From a bacterium (GTDB lineage: Bacteria > Bacillota > Clostridia > Christensenellales > Aristaeellaceae), in contig CAVFPH010000041.1 in the NCBI GenBank assembly GCA_963624325.1, positions 12,198 to 19,063 on the forward strand: a stretch of DNA of 6,866 nucleotides. The letters are read 5' to 3'. The position numbers and the translations under genes are program-made. Shown piece after piece: positions 1 to 5,777 of this stretch (its first letter is position 1; each line of letters begins with the position of its first letter). Under the pieces are notes generated by a model. The model ran no database searches. It was not told where the DNA came from and saw only the letters and a program-made list of their open reading frames with translations.

Positions 1-546
1 GTTGATGATCTTGTACTGGCTCATGATATCCCCGATAAAGAAGGTGGAAGCAAGCGAAGTTTCCTTGATGACGGATACAAACTCATTGCACAGAGCCGGC
101 AGAATGTTCTTTACCGCCTGCGGCAAGATTACCCGCACCATCGCCTGATGGCTGTTAAGGCCCAGAGACCGTGCAGCCTCCATCTGACCGCGGTCTACGG
201 CATCAATACCGGCGCGGACAATCTCGGCAACATAGGCAATGGAGTTGAAAACCAATGCAATTACCACGCAGGCAAATTCACTTAGGTTAAAGAAGGGAAG
301 AAATTGCGGCAGCATGAAATAGAAGAAGTACAGCTGCAGCAGCAAGGGCGTACCGCGCACGATTTCCACGTAAGCGGAGGTAATAAAGCGAATCACACCA
401 ATCTTGCTGCGGCGCAGGATCGCCATCAGCGACCCTAAAATACTGGAACATGCAACGGTGATCAGTGACAGCTCAATGGTAATCCATAAACCATCCGCAA
501 ACAGGTAGCCGTACTTGGTCAGCACCTTGATAACATTTTGCAGCAT
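1..546 (-). CDS. Amino-acid ABC transporter permease (His/Glu/Gln/Arg/opine-type, BPD_transp_1). The N-terminus is present; the C-terminus runs off the left edge of the window.
   Basis: Absent from the ORF track because it is open at the window edge. My reverse-complement translation from ATG 546..544 gives MLQNVIKVLTKYGYLFADGLWITIELSLITVACSS... and reads through with no stop to ...ETSLASTFFIGDIMSQYKIIN at position 1. It contains the diagnostic EAA loop GQMEAARSLGLNSHQAMVRVILPQA (about 189..121). An AAGGAG SD (complement of 554..559) lies 7 nt upstream of the ATG. The gene starts 44 nt downstream of the binding-protein gene on the same strand. Confidence 0.9.
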   Translation of the reverse strand, partial: MLQNVIKVLTKYGYLFADGLWITIELSLITVACSSILGSLMAILRRSKIGVIRFITSAYVEIVRGTPLLLQLYFFYFMLPQFLPFFNLSEFACVVIALVFNSIAYVAEIVRAGIDAVDRGQMEAARSLGLNSHQAMVRVILPQAVKNILPALCNEFVSVIKETSLASTFFIGDIMSQYKIIN

Positions 547-590
547 AGGAGCACTCCTTCTATTTCATGCGCTGTAGTATTACGGCTGAA

Positions 591-1412
591 TCAGTTTACA
601 TCGATGCCCAGGGACTTGGCAAGCTCCGTGGCCTCATCCTTCCACTGCTGATACAGGCCCTTTTCGTTGACTTCGGCAAGGATCTTGTTGATCGCTTCAA
701 TCAGCTCGGTTTCACCCTTGGTGACGGCCAGTACATTGCCTTCAGAAGAGTACTCAAAGTGGAAGTCAGCCATCGCGATGGAATCATAGTTGTTTGCAAA
801 GAGGGCACCATTGTCGGCGTCTACTGCAACCGCATCCACCTTGCCGGTGATCAGCATCATAATGGCATCGTTCAGGTTGGAAATCATCTTTACGTTGACA
901 TCGGACGGCAGCTGGCTGGTAACCAGATTGTACTGAAGAGAAGCATTCTGGGCAGCAATGGTCTTGCCGGCAAAGGATTCGGCAGTGGCATATTCCGCAG
1001 CTTTATCCTTCAGGACCAGAAGGCCTTGACCTTCGCTCTCACTGTAATTGAAGAATGCAGACAGCTGCATGTTCTCGGCACGCTCTTCGGTATAGGCAAA
1101 GCCGGAAATCGCCATATCAACCTTGCCTTGGGTGATTGCAGCCTGCAGGGCGCTGAATTCCATGGGCATGATTACAAGCTTGACACCCAGGCTTTCGGCA
1201 ATGTACTTAGCCAGTTCAACATCGGCGCCGACATACTGATCATCGCCGGTAGCATTGGGATTAATGAACTCGCAGGGAGCAAAGTCCGGAGAAGTAGCAA
1301 AGGTAATTTCGCCGACGGAGAGAATCTTTTCCAGCTTGTTTTCGGCCAGAGCGGCACCGGACAGGCTAAGGATAAAAGTCAGGGTCAGCAGCAGAGCAAT
1401 CAGCTTTTTCAT
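591..1412 (-). CDS. Amino-acid ABC transporter substrate-binding protein (SBP_bac_3 / family 3), with an N-terminal signal peptide.
   Basis: ORF 591..1466 (-) trimmed to the internal ATG at 1412..1410, which is preceded by AGGAGGAAC (complement of 1418..1426). The product starts MKKLIALLLTLTFILSLSGAALA|ENK, a signal peptide. Family-3 SBP motifs are present: GADVELAKYIAESLGVKL, ALQAAITQGKVDMAISGFAYTEERA, GKVDAVAVD. The upstream 18 codons of the track ORF overlap the predicted promoter. Confidence 0.9.
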   Translation of the reverse strand: MKKLIALLLTLTFILSLSGAALAENKLEKILSVGEITFATSPDFAPCEFINPNATGDDQYVGADVELAKYIAESLGVKLVIMPMEFSALQAAITQGKVDMAISGFAYTEERAENMQLSAFFNYSESEGQGLLVLKDKAAEYATAESFAGKTIAAQNASLQYNLVTSQLPSDVNVKMISNLNDAIMMLITGKVDAVAVDADNGALFANNYDSIAMADFHFEYSSEGNVLAVTKGETELIEAINKILAEVNEKGLYQQWKDEATELAKSLGIDVN

Positions 1413-1452
1413 TTTGTGTTCCTCCTGAATAATTATTTTGGAAACATGCATT

Positions 1453-1480
1453 ATTATACACATCATTATACATTTGTCAA
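1453..1480 (-). promoter_or_regulatory. Putative sigma-A promoter for the ABC transporter operon (minus strand).
   Basis: On the minus strand: TTGACA (complement of 1475..1480), a 16-nt spacer, then TATAAT (complement of 1453..1458). This lies about 40 nt upstream of the SBP start, and an AT-rich tract further upstream (1490..1525) is UP-element-like. Confidence 0.45.
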
Positions 1481-1547
1481 TACCTAAATTGCGTTTTTAT
1501 TCTGCATTTTGAATTTTTATTTTTTGCAAGGCTTTCACCACTTATAC

Positions 1548-1577
1548 TTGCGTATATTCGGCGGTTCGGCGTATAAT
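1548..1577 (+). promoter_or_regulatory. Putative sigma-A promoter for the FliB-like gene.
   Basis: TTGCGT (1548..1553), an 18-nt spacer, then consensus TATAAT (1572..1577). This is about 32 nt upstream of ATG 1610, and an AGAGGTGAG SD lies in between. Confidence 0.4.
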
Positions 1578-1609
1578 AACTGTCGTATCTGCAGGCAGAG
1601 GTGAGTGGA

Positions 1610-2548
1610 ATGAAACTGATTGTTCCGGATTATTATGCGGATTTTCGCTGCATTGCAAGCAGCTGCCGCCACACCTGCTGCGTCGGATGGGAAATTGATA
1701 TTGATTCTCTGTCTCTGCAGCGTTATCAGGCTATGCCCGGTACGCTGGGCGAACGGCTGCGCAGCCATATCGATATGGAAAGTTCGCCGCATTTTCGGCT
1801 TTCATCCGATGAACACTGTCCTTTTCTGAACAAGGACGGGCTTTGTGATCTGATCATCGAAGCCGGAAGCGATGTTTTATGCCAGATTTGCGCAGATCAT
1901 CCAAGGTTTCGAAATATGTTATCCGATCGTGAGGAAATGGGGCTGGGGCTGTGCTGTGAAGCGGCCGCCCGCTTAATTTTGACAAGAAAAGAGTCTGTGC
2001 GTCTGGTGACGCTTTCCGACGATGGTTTCAAAGGCCGTTTGTCTCGCCGAGACAAACATATCCTTCAAAAACGGGATCTCTGGCTTTCCGTTGCTCAGGA
2101 CCGGTCAATGTCTATCAGCAATCGAATGGATCTGCTCGTCGAATCAGAAAAGCTCGTATTTCCTTCCTGCACTCTAAAAGAGTGGGCGCAGCTGTACCAA
2201 AGCCTGGAACGGTTGGATGACGCATGGACAAATGAACTTTCCCTGCTTCTAAATGAAAAGACAGCTGCTCCGCTTTCCGAGATTTCGTGGGAAATTGCAT
2301 TGGAGCAGCTGTTGGTTTATTTTCTTTTTCGTCATATCGCTGCGGCAGAAGATGGTGATGAACTCCGTCCGCGATTGGCTTTTTGTCTGCTGAGTGTCAG
2401 GCTGATATCTTATCTTGCCTCCTTTCATCGTGCATCTGCACCCTTTGGAATCGCTGATTTCTGCGATCTTGCCCGCATGTATTCATCCGAGATCGAATAC
2501 TCTCAGGAAAATACGGATGCATTGTTCAATGCATTGTGGAATGTATAA
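1610..2548 (+). CDS. FliB-family (flagellin lysine-N-methylase-like) / YkgJ-type cysteine-cluster protein.
   Basis: ORF 1601..2548 (+). I prefer ATG 1610 (MKLIVPDYY...) because the SD GAGGTGAG ends about 6 nt upstream; GTG 1601 sits inside that SD. The N-terminal motif DFRCIASSCRHTCCVGWEIDID and the second cluster HCPFLNKDGLCDLIIEAGSDVLCQICADHPRF match my recollection of the FliB / CxxCxxCC (UPF0153) family signature. The product name is from memory and was not checked by search. Confidence 0.7.
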   Translation: MKLIVPDYYADFRCIASSCRHTCCVGWEIDIDSLSLQRYQAMPGTLGERLRSHIDMESSPHFRLSSDEHCPFLNKDGLCDLIIEAGSDVLCQICADHPRFRNMLSDREEMGLGLCCEAAARLILTRKESVRLVTLSDDGFKGRLSRRDKHILQKRDLWLSVAQDRSMSISNRMDLLVESEKLVFPSCTLKEWAQLYQSLERLDDAWTNELSLLLNEKTAAPLSEISWEIALEQLLVYFLFRHIAAAEDGDELRPRLAFCLLSVRLISYLASFHRASAPFGIADFCDLARMYSSEIEYSQENTDALFNALWNV

Positions 2549-2560
2549 AAATGCGTTGTT

Positions 2561-3298
2561 TTATGTATACAGCGCGATTTTCACAATATCCTTTCCTTTT
2601 TTGCTTTTTCCGTCTGCACCCAAATACCTTGCTCTGCCGTATCCGCGCACGGAAATAATCTGTCCGTCCTTCATTGTATAGTCGGGTCGCTCACATGGTG
2701 CATCGTCCACCATAATGCGTCCCTGTCTGAACAGCTGCTGTGCATCTCCCCTGCTCAAGTGAAACAAGTGCGCAACAATCGCATCCAATCTGGGCGAAGA
2801 GACCTGAAGACAGATTTGACGGCTTTCGCGCAGTTCTCCGTCGGGCGGCACGGCACGCGTGCATCGCACATCTGTCCGCCCGATTTGCGTCAGACTTTCG
2901 CAGATAAAATCGGCCATCCGTTCAATACAAAAGATGTATGCTCCCGTTTCACGCACCACAATATCGCCAATCAGTTCCCGCTCGATTCCAAGTCCCATCA
3001 GCGCACCAAGCACATCCCGGTGTGCAATCGGCGCGGCAAAACGGGTGCTTCGCGGCGAAGCCAGCAAACAGGCAATGGGGAATTGTCCTTCGTCCGGTAC
3101 CTCTTCTCCGCTTACGCCCAGCATTACCCGCTCACATCCTGCCGCTCCGCCATAAAGGCAATAAAAGGCATCAGCACGGCGCGCTGCAGCTTCGCCTTCA
3201 TGCTGCTGGGCAATATTCAAAAAGCGGCTGTACAAGGTAGTACGGCGCTTTACGGCGCGTTGACAAAGTTCCGAAAGCATTGCTGCCGTCTCTTCCAT
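2561..3298 (-). CDS. ylmH: YlmH-like RNA-binding protein with a C-terminal S4 domain (RqcP/Hsp15-related family).
   Basis: ORF 2561..3427 (-) trimmed to ATG 3298..3296 (MEETAAMLSEL...), preceded by AAGGAGGAAATCA (complement of 3301..3313). It resembles B. subtilis YlmH in HRDVLGALMGLGIERELIGDIVV (YlmH: HRSLLGALMGIGLKRQKFGDIVF) and in the S4 region SSPRLDAIVAHLFHLSRGDAQQLFRQGRIMVDDAPCERPDYTMKDGQIISVRGYGR. The 245-aa length is typical. Confidence 0.85.
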   Translation of the reverse strand: MEETAAMLSELCQRAVKRRTTLYSRFLNIAQQHEGEAAARRADAFYCLYGGAAGCERVMLGVSGEEVPDEGQFPIACLLASPRSTRFAAPIAHRDVLGALMGLGIERELIGDIVVRETGAYIFCIERMADFICESLTQIGRTDVRCTRAVPPDGELRESRQICLQVSSPRLDAIVAHLFHLSRGDAQQLFRQGRIMVDDAPCERPDYTMKDGQIISVRGYGRARYLGADGKSKKGKDIVKIALYT

Positions 3299-3322
3299 GC
3301 TGATTTCCTCCTTGACAAACAG

Positions 3323-3351
3323 ATTATAGCCGTTATTTATCCGATTTTCAA
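3323..3351 (-). promoter_or_regulatory. Putative sigma-A promoter for the ylmH-like gene (minus strand).
   Basis: On the minus strand: TTGAAA (complement of 3346..3351), a 17-nt spacer, then TATAAT (complement of 3323..3328). This implies a short leader of about 18 nt that contains the SD. Confidence 0.35.
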
Positions 3352-3370
3352 CCGTTTTGCCCGCAAGGGG

Positions 3371-3400
3371 TTGCGGAAACCGAATGCTTTGGTGTACAAT
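3371..3400 (+). promoter_or_regulatory. Putative sigma-A promoter for the SPFH gene.
   Basis: TTGCGG (3371..3376), an 18-nt spacer, then TACAAT (3395..3400), about 62 nt upstream of ATG 3463. The -35 element forms half of the small palindrome CCGCAAggggTTGCGG (3361..3376). Confidence 0.35.
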
Positions 3401-3462
3401 GATGCTGCGTATCGGATCATAGCACAATGTTGCTTATTATAAAAAGAGAAAGGAACAAAAAC

Positions 3463-4785
3463 ATGGGACTGATTCGTGCAGGATTGAACGCTGTCGGAGG
3501 AACACTTGCCAGCCAGTGGAAGGAATATTTCTATCTGGATGCCATGCCCGAGGGCGTATTGGCTGCCAAAGCCAGCAAGAAGACAAAAGGACGTTTCGGC
3601 GGCAGCCGCAATGAGGATGATAATATCATCTCAGCCGGTTCCGTCATTGCTGTCAACGAGGGACAGTGTGCCATGGTAGTCGACCAGGGCAAAATCGTAG
3701 AGTTTTCTGCCGAGCCGGGCGAATTTGTCTACGATCAAAGCTCTGAGCCCTCTATTTTCTACGGCGCCTTCAACACCGACAAATTAAAGCAGCTTTTGAA
3801 GGCCACTTTTGACCGCTTGTCCTTTGGCGGGCAGGCCGGCAAAGATCAGCGCGTATACTTCTTCAACACCAAGGAAATTACCGGCAACAAATACGGCACT
3901 CCCAGCCCTGTTCCCTTCCGCGTGGTGGATACAAACATCGGCCTTGATGTCGATATCGCCATCAAGTGCTTTGGCGAATACAGCTACCGCATCACCAATC
4001 CCATGCTCTTCTACAAAAACGTATGCGGCAATGTTGACGGTCAGTACACCCGTGACCGTATTGACAGCCAGCTGAAATCCGAACTGCTTACTGCGCTTCA
4101 GCCCGCCTTCGCCGCAATCTCCGATATGGGCATCCGTTACAGCTCTCTGCCAGCGCACACCATGGAAATCGCCGATGCGCTCAACGAGGTGCTGACTGAA
4201 AAGTGGGCAAATTTGCGCGGGGTTGAAATTGTCTCCTTCGGCGTCAATTCGGTAAAAGCCTCGGACGAAGACGAAGCGATGATCAAGGAACTGCAGCGCA
4301 ACGCGGTTTTCCGCAACACCAACATGGCTGCGGCGCAGCTTGTCGGTGCGCAGGCGCAGGCAATGCAGGATGCCGCCAGGAACACCGCCGGTGCCTTTAC
4401 CGGCTTTATGGGCATGGGAATGGCGCAGCAGAGCGGAGGCATCAATGCCCAGTCCCTGTTCCAGATGGGGGCGCAGCAGCAGGTTCAGCAGCAGGCAGCG
4501 CCTGCCGGGAGCTGGAAATGTTCCTGCGGAGCGACGGCCACAGGCAAATTCTGCCCCGAGTGCGGGGCAAAGAAGCCCGAAGCCGATGCGGCCAAGGGCT
4601 GGACCTGCAGCTGCGGTGCTGTTAACACCGGCAAATTCTGCTCGGAATGCGGCGCAAAGCGCCCGGCCGGCGCTCCGATCTATCGCTGCGATAAATGCGG
4701 CTGGCAGCCTGAAGATCCTGCACATCCGCCCAAGTTCTGTCCCGAATGCGGCGATCCCTTTGACGAAAGCGATCAGCAGCAATAA
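3463..4785 (+). CDS. SPFH/Band-7 domain protein of the YdjI / COG4260 type ('virion core protein-like') with a Q/A/M-rich linker and three C-terminal zinc ribbons.
   Basis: ORF 3427..4785 (+) trimmed to ATG 3463 (MGLIRAGLNAVGGTLASQWKEYFY...), preceded by the SD AGAAAGGAAC. The N-terminal sequence and NIISAGSVIAVNEGQCAMVVDQGKIVEF...VYFFNTKEI...PFRV are characteristic of the Band_7_1-type SPFH family as I recall it. The C-terminus carries three 4-Cys ribbons. Confidence 0.85.
   Translation: MGLIRAGLNAVGGTLASQWKEYFYLDAMPEGVLAAKASKKTKGRFGGSRNEDDNIISAGSVIAVNEGQCAMVVDQGKIVEFSAEPGEFVYDQSSEPSIFYGAFNTDKLKQLLKATFDRLSFGGQAGKDQRVYFFNTKEITGNKYGTPSPVPFRVVDTNIGLDVDIAIKCFGEYSYRITNPMLFYKNVCGNVDGQYTRDRIDSQLKSELLTALQPAFAAISDMGIRYSSLPAHTMEIADALNEVLTEKWANLRGVEIVSFGVNSVKASDEDEAMIKELQRNAVFRNTNMAAAQLVGAQAQAMQDAARNTAGAFTGFMGMGMAQQSGGINAQSLFQMGAQQQVQQQAAPAGSWKCSCGATATGKFCPECGAKKPEADAAKGWTCSCGAVNTGKFCSECGAKRPAGAPIYRCDKCGWQPEDPAHPPKFCPECGDPFDESDQQQ
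4513..4761 (+). repeat. Intragenic tandem zinc-ribbon modules (x3) in the tail of the SPFH protein.
   Basis: Module 1 is WKCSCGATATGKFCPECGAKKP (4513..4578). Module 2 is WTCSCGAVNTGKFCSECGAKRP (4600..4665). Module 3 is YRCDKCGWQPEDPAHPPKFCPECGDPF (4681..4761). Modules 1 and 2 are spaced 87 nt (29 codons) apart and share the exact 12-mer ggcaaattctgc at 4543..4554 and 4630..4641. Confidence 0.8.
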
Positions 4786-4866
4786 TTCTTCGAAAATTGC
4801 GTGCACGGTATGGTTTCGGTTTTTTCGCCATGCCAGGTTTAGTGCTCGCAGGGAGGTTATGTTTTT

Positions 4867-5514
4867 ATGTCCACGCTGGACATTCTGCTTCAAAATCGTT
4901 TGGTCGTTATTGCACGCGGATTGGACGAGTGCCAAGTTGTCCCGGTCGCTCAGGCTCTGGTCGATGCCGGTGTCGGCTGTCTGGAGATTGCATTTGATCA
5001 CAGCAGCTCGGACGGAAAGGATCATACCCTGCACGCTCTGGAGATCCTGACGGATCGCTTTTCCGATCGTCTCTGTGTTGGCGCCGGCACGGTACTGACT
5101 TGCGAGGAGGTTACTTTAGCTGCGCAGTCAGGCGCAAAGTACATCATTTCGCCAAATACAAATGCCGATGTCATCAGGGAAACCAAGCGTCTTGGCCTTG
5201 TTTCCGTCCCCGGTGCAATGACCCCGACTGAATGTTTGGATGCGGTGCGGCTTGGCGCGGACATGGTAAAACTCTTCCCCGCAGGCTGCTTGGGAATTTC
5301 GTACTTTAAAGCGCTGCGCGAGCCGCTTAAGCATATTCCTTTTCTGGTCGCCGCAGGCATAACGCTTGAAAACCTGCCGCAATACAAAGCATGCGGAGCA
5401 GCAGCATTTGGCATATCCAGTTCCATCTTGAAGCCTGGTCTGCTTAAAGCCGAGTGTTATGATGGCATAAAAGATGCGGCACGACTTTATGTCAATGCCT
5501 GCAGAGATCAGTAA
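4867..5514 (+). CDS. eda: 2-dehydro-3-deoxyphosphogluconate (KDPG) / 4-hydroxy-2-oxoglutarate aldolase, class I.
   Basis: A 215-aa ORF with a GGGAGG SD (4851..4856) about 10 nt upstream. It aligns by eye with E. coli Eda: LEIAF (Eda LEVTL, catalytic Glu), CVGAGTVL (Eda GAGTVL), YIISP (Eda FAISP), VPGAMTPTE (Eda IPGISTVSE), and the Schiff-base lysine motif MVKLFPA (Eda FKFFPA). Confidence 0.9.
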   Translation: MSTLDILLQNRLVVIARGLDECQVVPVAQALVDAGVGCLEIAFDHSSSDGKDHTLHALEILTDRFSDRLCVGAGTVLTCEEVTLAAQSGAKYIISPNTNADVIRETKRLGLVSVPGAMTPTECLDAVRLGADMVKLFPAGCLGISYFKALREPLKHIPFLVAAGITLENLPQYKACGAAAFGISSSILKPGLLKAECYDGIKDAARLYVNACRDQ

Positions 5515-5542
5515 CAGCATCAGCCGGCTTACCGCTGTTGAT

Positions 5543-5583
5543 TTTGGGAAATTCGTGACTGAATTTCCCAAATTTTCATTTTT
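5543..5583 (+). terminator. Rho-independent terminator downstream of eda.
   Basis: A perfect 12-bp stem, TTTGGGAAATTC (5543..5554) pairing with GAATTTCCCAAA (5561..5572), with the 6-nt loop GTGACT and a following TTTTCATTTTT tract (5573..5583). It begins 29 nt after the eda stop codon (5512..5514). Confidence 0.75.
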
Positions 5584-5587
5584 GCCC

Positions 5588-5616
5588 TTGACAATTGCAG
5601 CGCATCGTGCTACACT
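5588..5616 (+). promoter_or_regulatory. Sigma-A promoter of the uracil permease transcription unit.
   Basis: Consensus TTGACA (5588..5593), a 17-nt spacer, then TACACT (5611..5616), with a TGc extended -10 element at 5608..5610. It sits directly upstream of the PyrR attenuator leader. Confidence 0.65.
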
Positions 5617-5637
5617 CCCTAAGACAACTGAATGCGT

Positions 5638-5731
5638 GCCCTTTAACCGCGGTCCAGAGAGGCCGGGAAGGCTGCAACACCAGACGAAATTGTGTTTGAA
5701 TGCCTTACCCTGCCCGGGGTAAGGTTTTTTT
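5638..5731 (+). promoter_or_regulatory. PyrR-binding transcription attenuator: anti-antiterminator binding loop, antiterminator and terminator.
   Basis: The leader contains CCTTTAACCGCGGTCCAGAGAGGCCGGGAAGG (5640..5671). This matches the conserved PyrR binding-loop signature: a CUUUAA...GAAGG lower stem, a CGG/CCG upper stem, and a UCCAGAGAGG loop at 5653..5662. The 3' half GGGAAGGC (5665..5672) can instead pair with GCCTTACCC (5702..5710), leaving a 1-nt bulge. CAACAC (5675..5680) paired with GTGTTTG (5692..5698) extends this into a long antiterminator helix that competes with the terminator. Confidence 0.8.
5702..5731 (+). terminator. Attenuator (intrinsic) terminator upstream of the uracil permease gene.
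   Basis: Stem CCTTACCC (5703..5710) pairs with GGGTAAGG (5717..5724) around the loop TGCCCG, followed by TTTTTTT (5725..5731). It lies 46 nt upstream of the permease ATG. Confidence 0.8.
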
Positions 5732-5777
5732 ATGCGAGAGGCGCGCAGGGTTGATCAACGAAACGGAGGGAATCCCT

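Noticed and set aside
1413-1466. 5' extensions of track ORFs: SBP (1413..1466), ylmH-like (3299..3427), SPFH (3427..3462), FliB-like (GTG 1601).
   Set aside because: In each case an internal ATG has a strong, correctly spaced SD and gives a native-looking N-terminus (signal peptide MKKLIALL..., MEETAAML..., MGLIRAGL..., MKLIVPDYY...). The extensions overlap promoter or SD sequence.
567-1487. 306-aa ORF on the plus strand.
   Set aside because: It lies entirely antisense to the well-supported substrate-binding protein gene. It has no SD and no recognisable motifs, and its composition is typical of a shadow ORF opposite a codon-biased gene.
2759-3442. 227-aa plus-strand ORF, along with the nested 98-aa and 100-aa ORFs at 2859..3155 and 2938..3240.
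   Set aside because: They are antisense to the ylmH-like gene, whose product aligns convincingly with B. subtilis YlmH. Their translations are Arg/Ser/Cys-rich with no family resemblance.
4810-4842. 10-codon mini-ORF (MVSVFSPCQV*) in the SPFH-eda spacer.
   Set aside because: It has no SD and no features of a leader peptide. It is indistinguishable from a chance ORF.
3784-5034. 416-aa minus-strand ORF spanning the SPFH gene, the spacer and the start of eda.
   Set aside because: It overlaps two independently recognisable plus-strand genes. It is Arg/Ala/Gly-rich with no motifs and no SD, so its length is best explained by stop-codon depletion opposite GC-rich coding sequence.
4340-5050. 236-aa plus-strand ORF out of frame with the SPFH tail and eda.
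   Set aside because: It is an alternative frame of two supported genes. The Pro/Arg/Ser/Ala-rich translation is typical of off-frame reading of GC-rich sequence, and the zinc-ribbon periodicity in the annotated frame shows which frame is real.
5022-5571. 134-aa and 147-aa minus-strand ORFs (5022..5426 and 5128..5571), and the 82-aa ORF at 5474..5722 (+).
   Set aside because: The first two are antisense to eda. The third runs through the eda terminator, the promoter and the PyrR attenuator RNA, which explain that sequence better. None has an SD.
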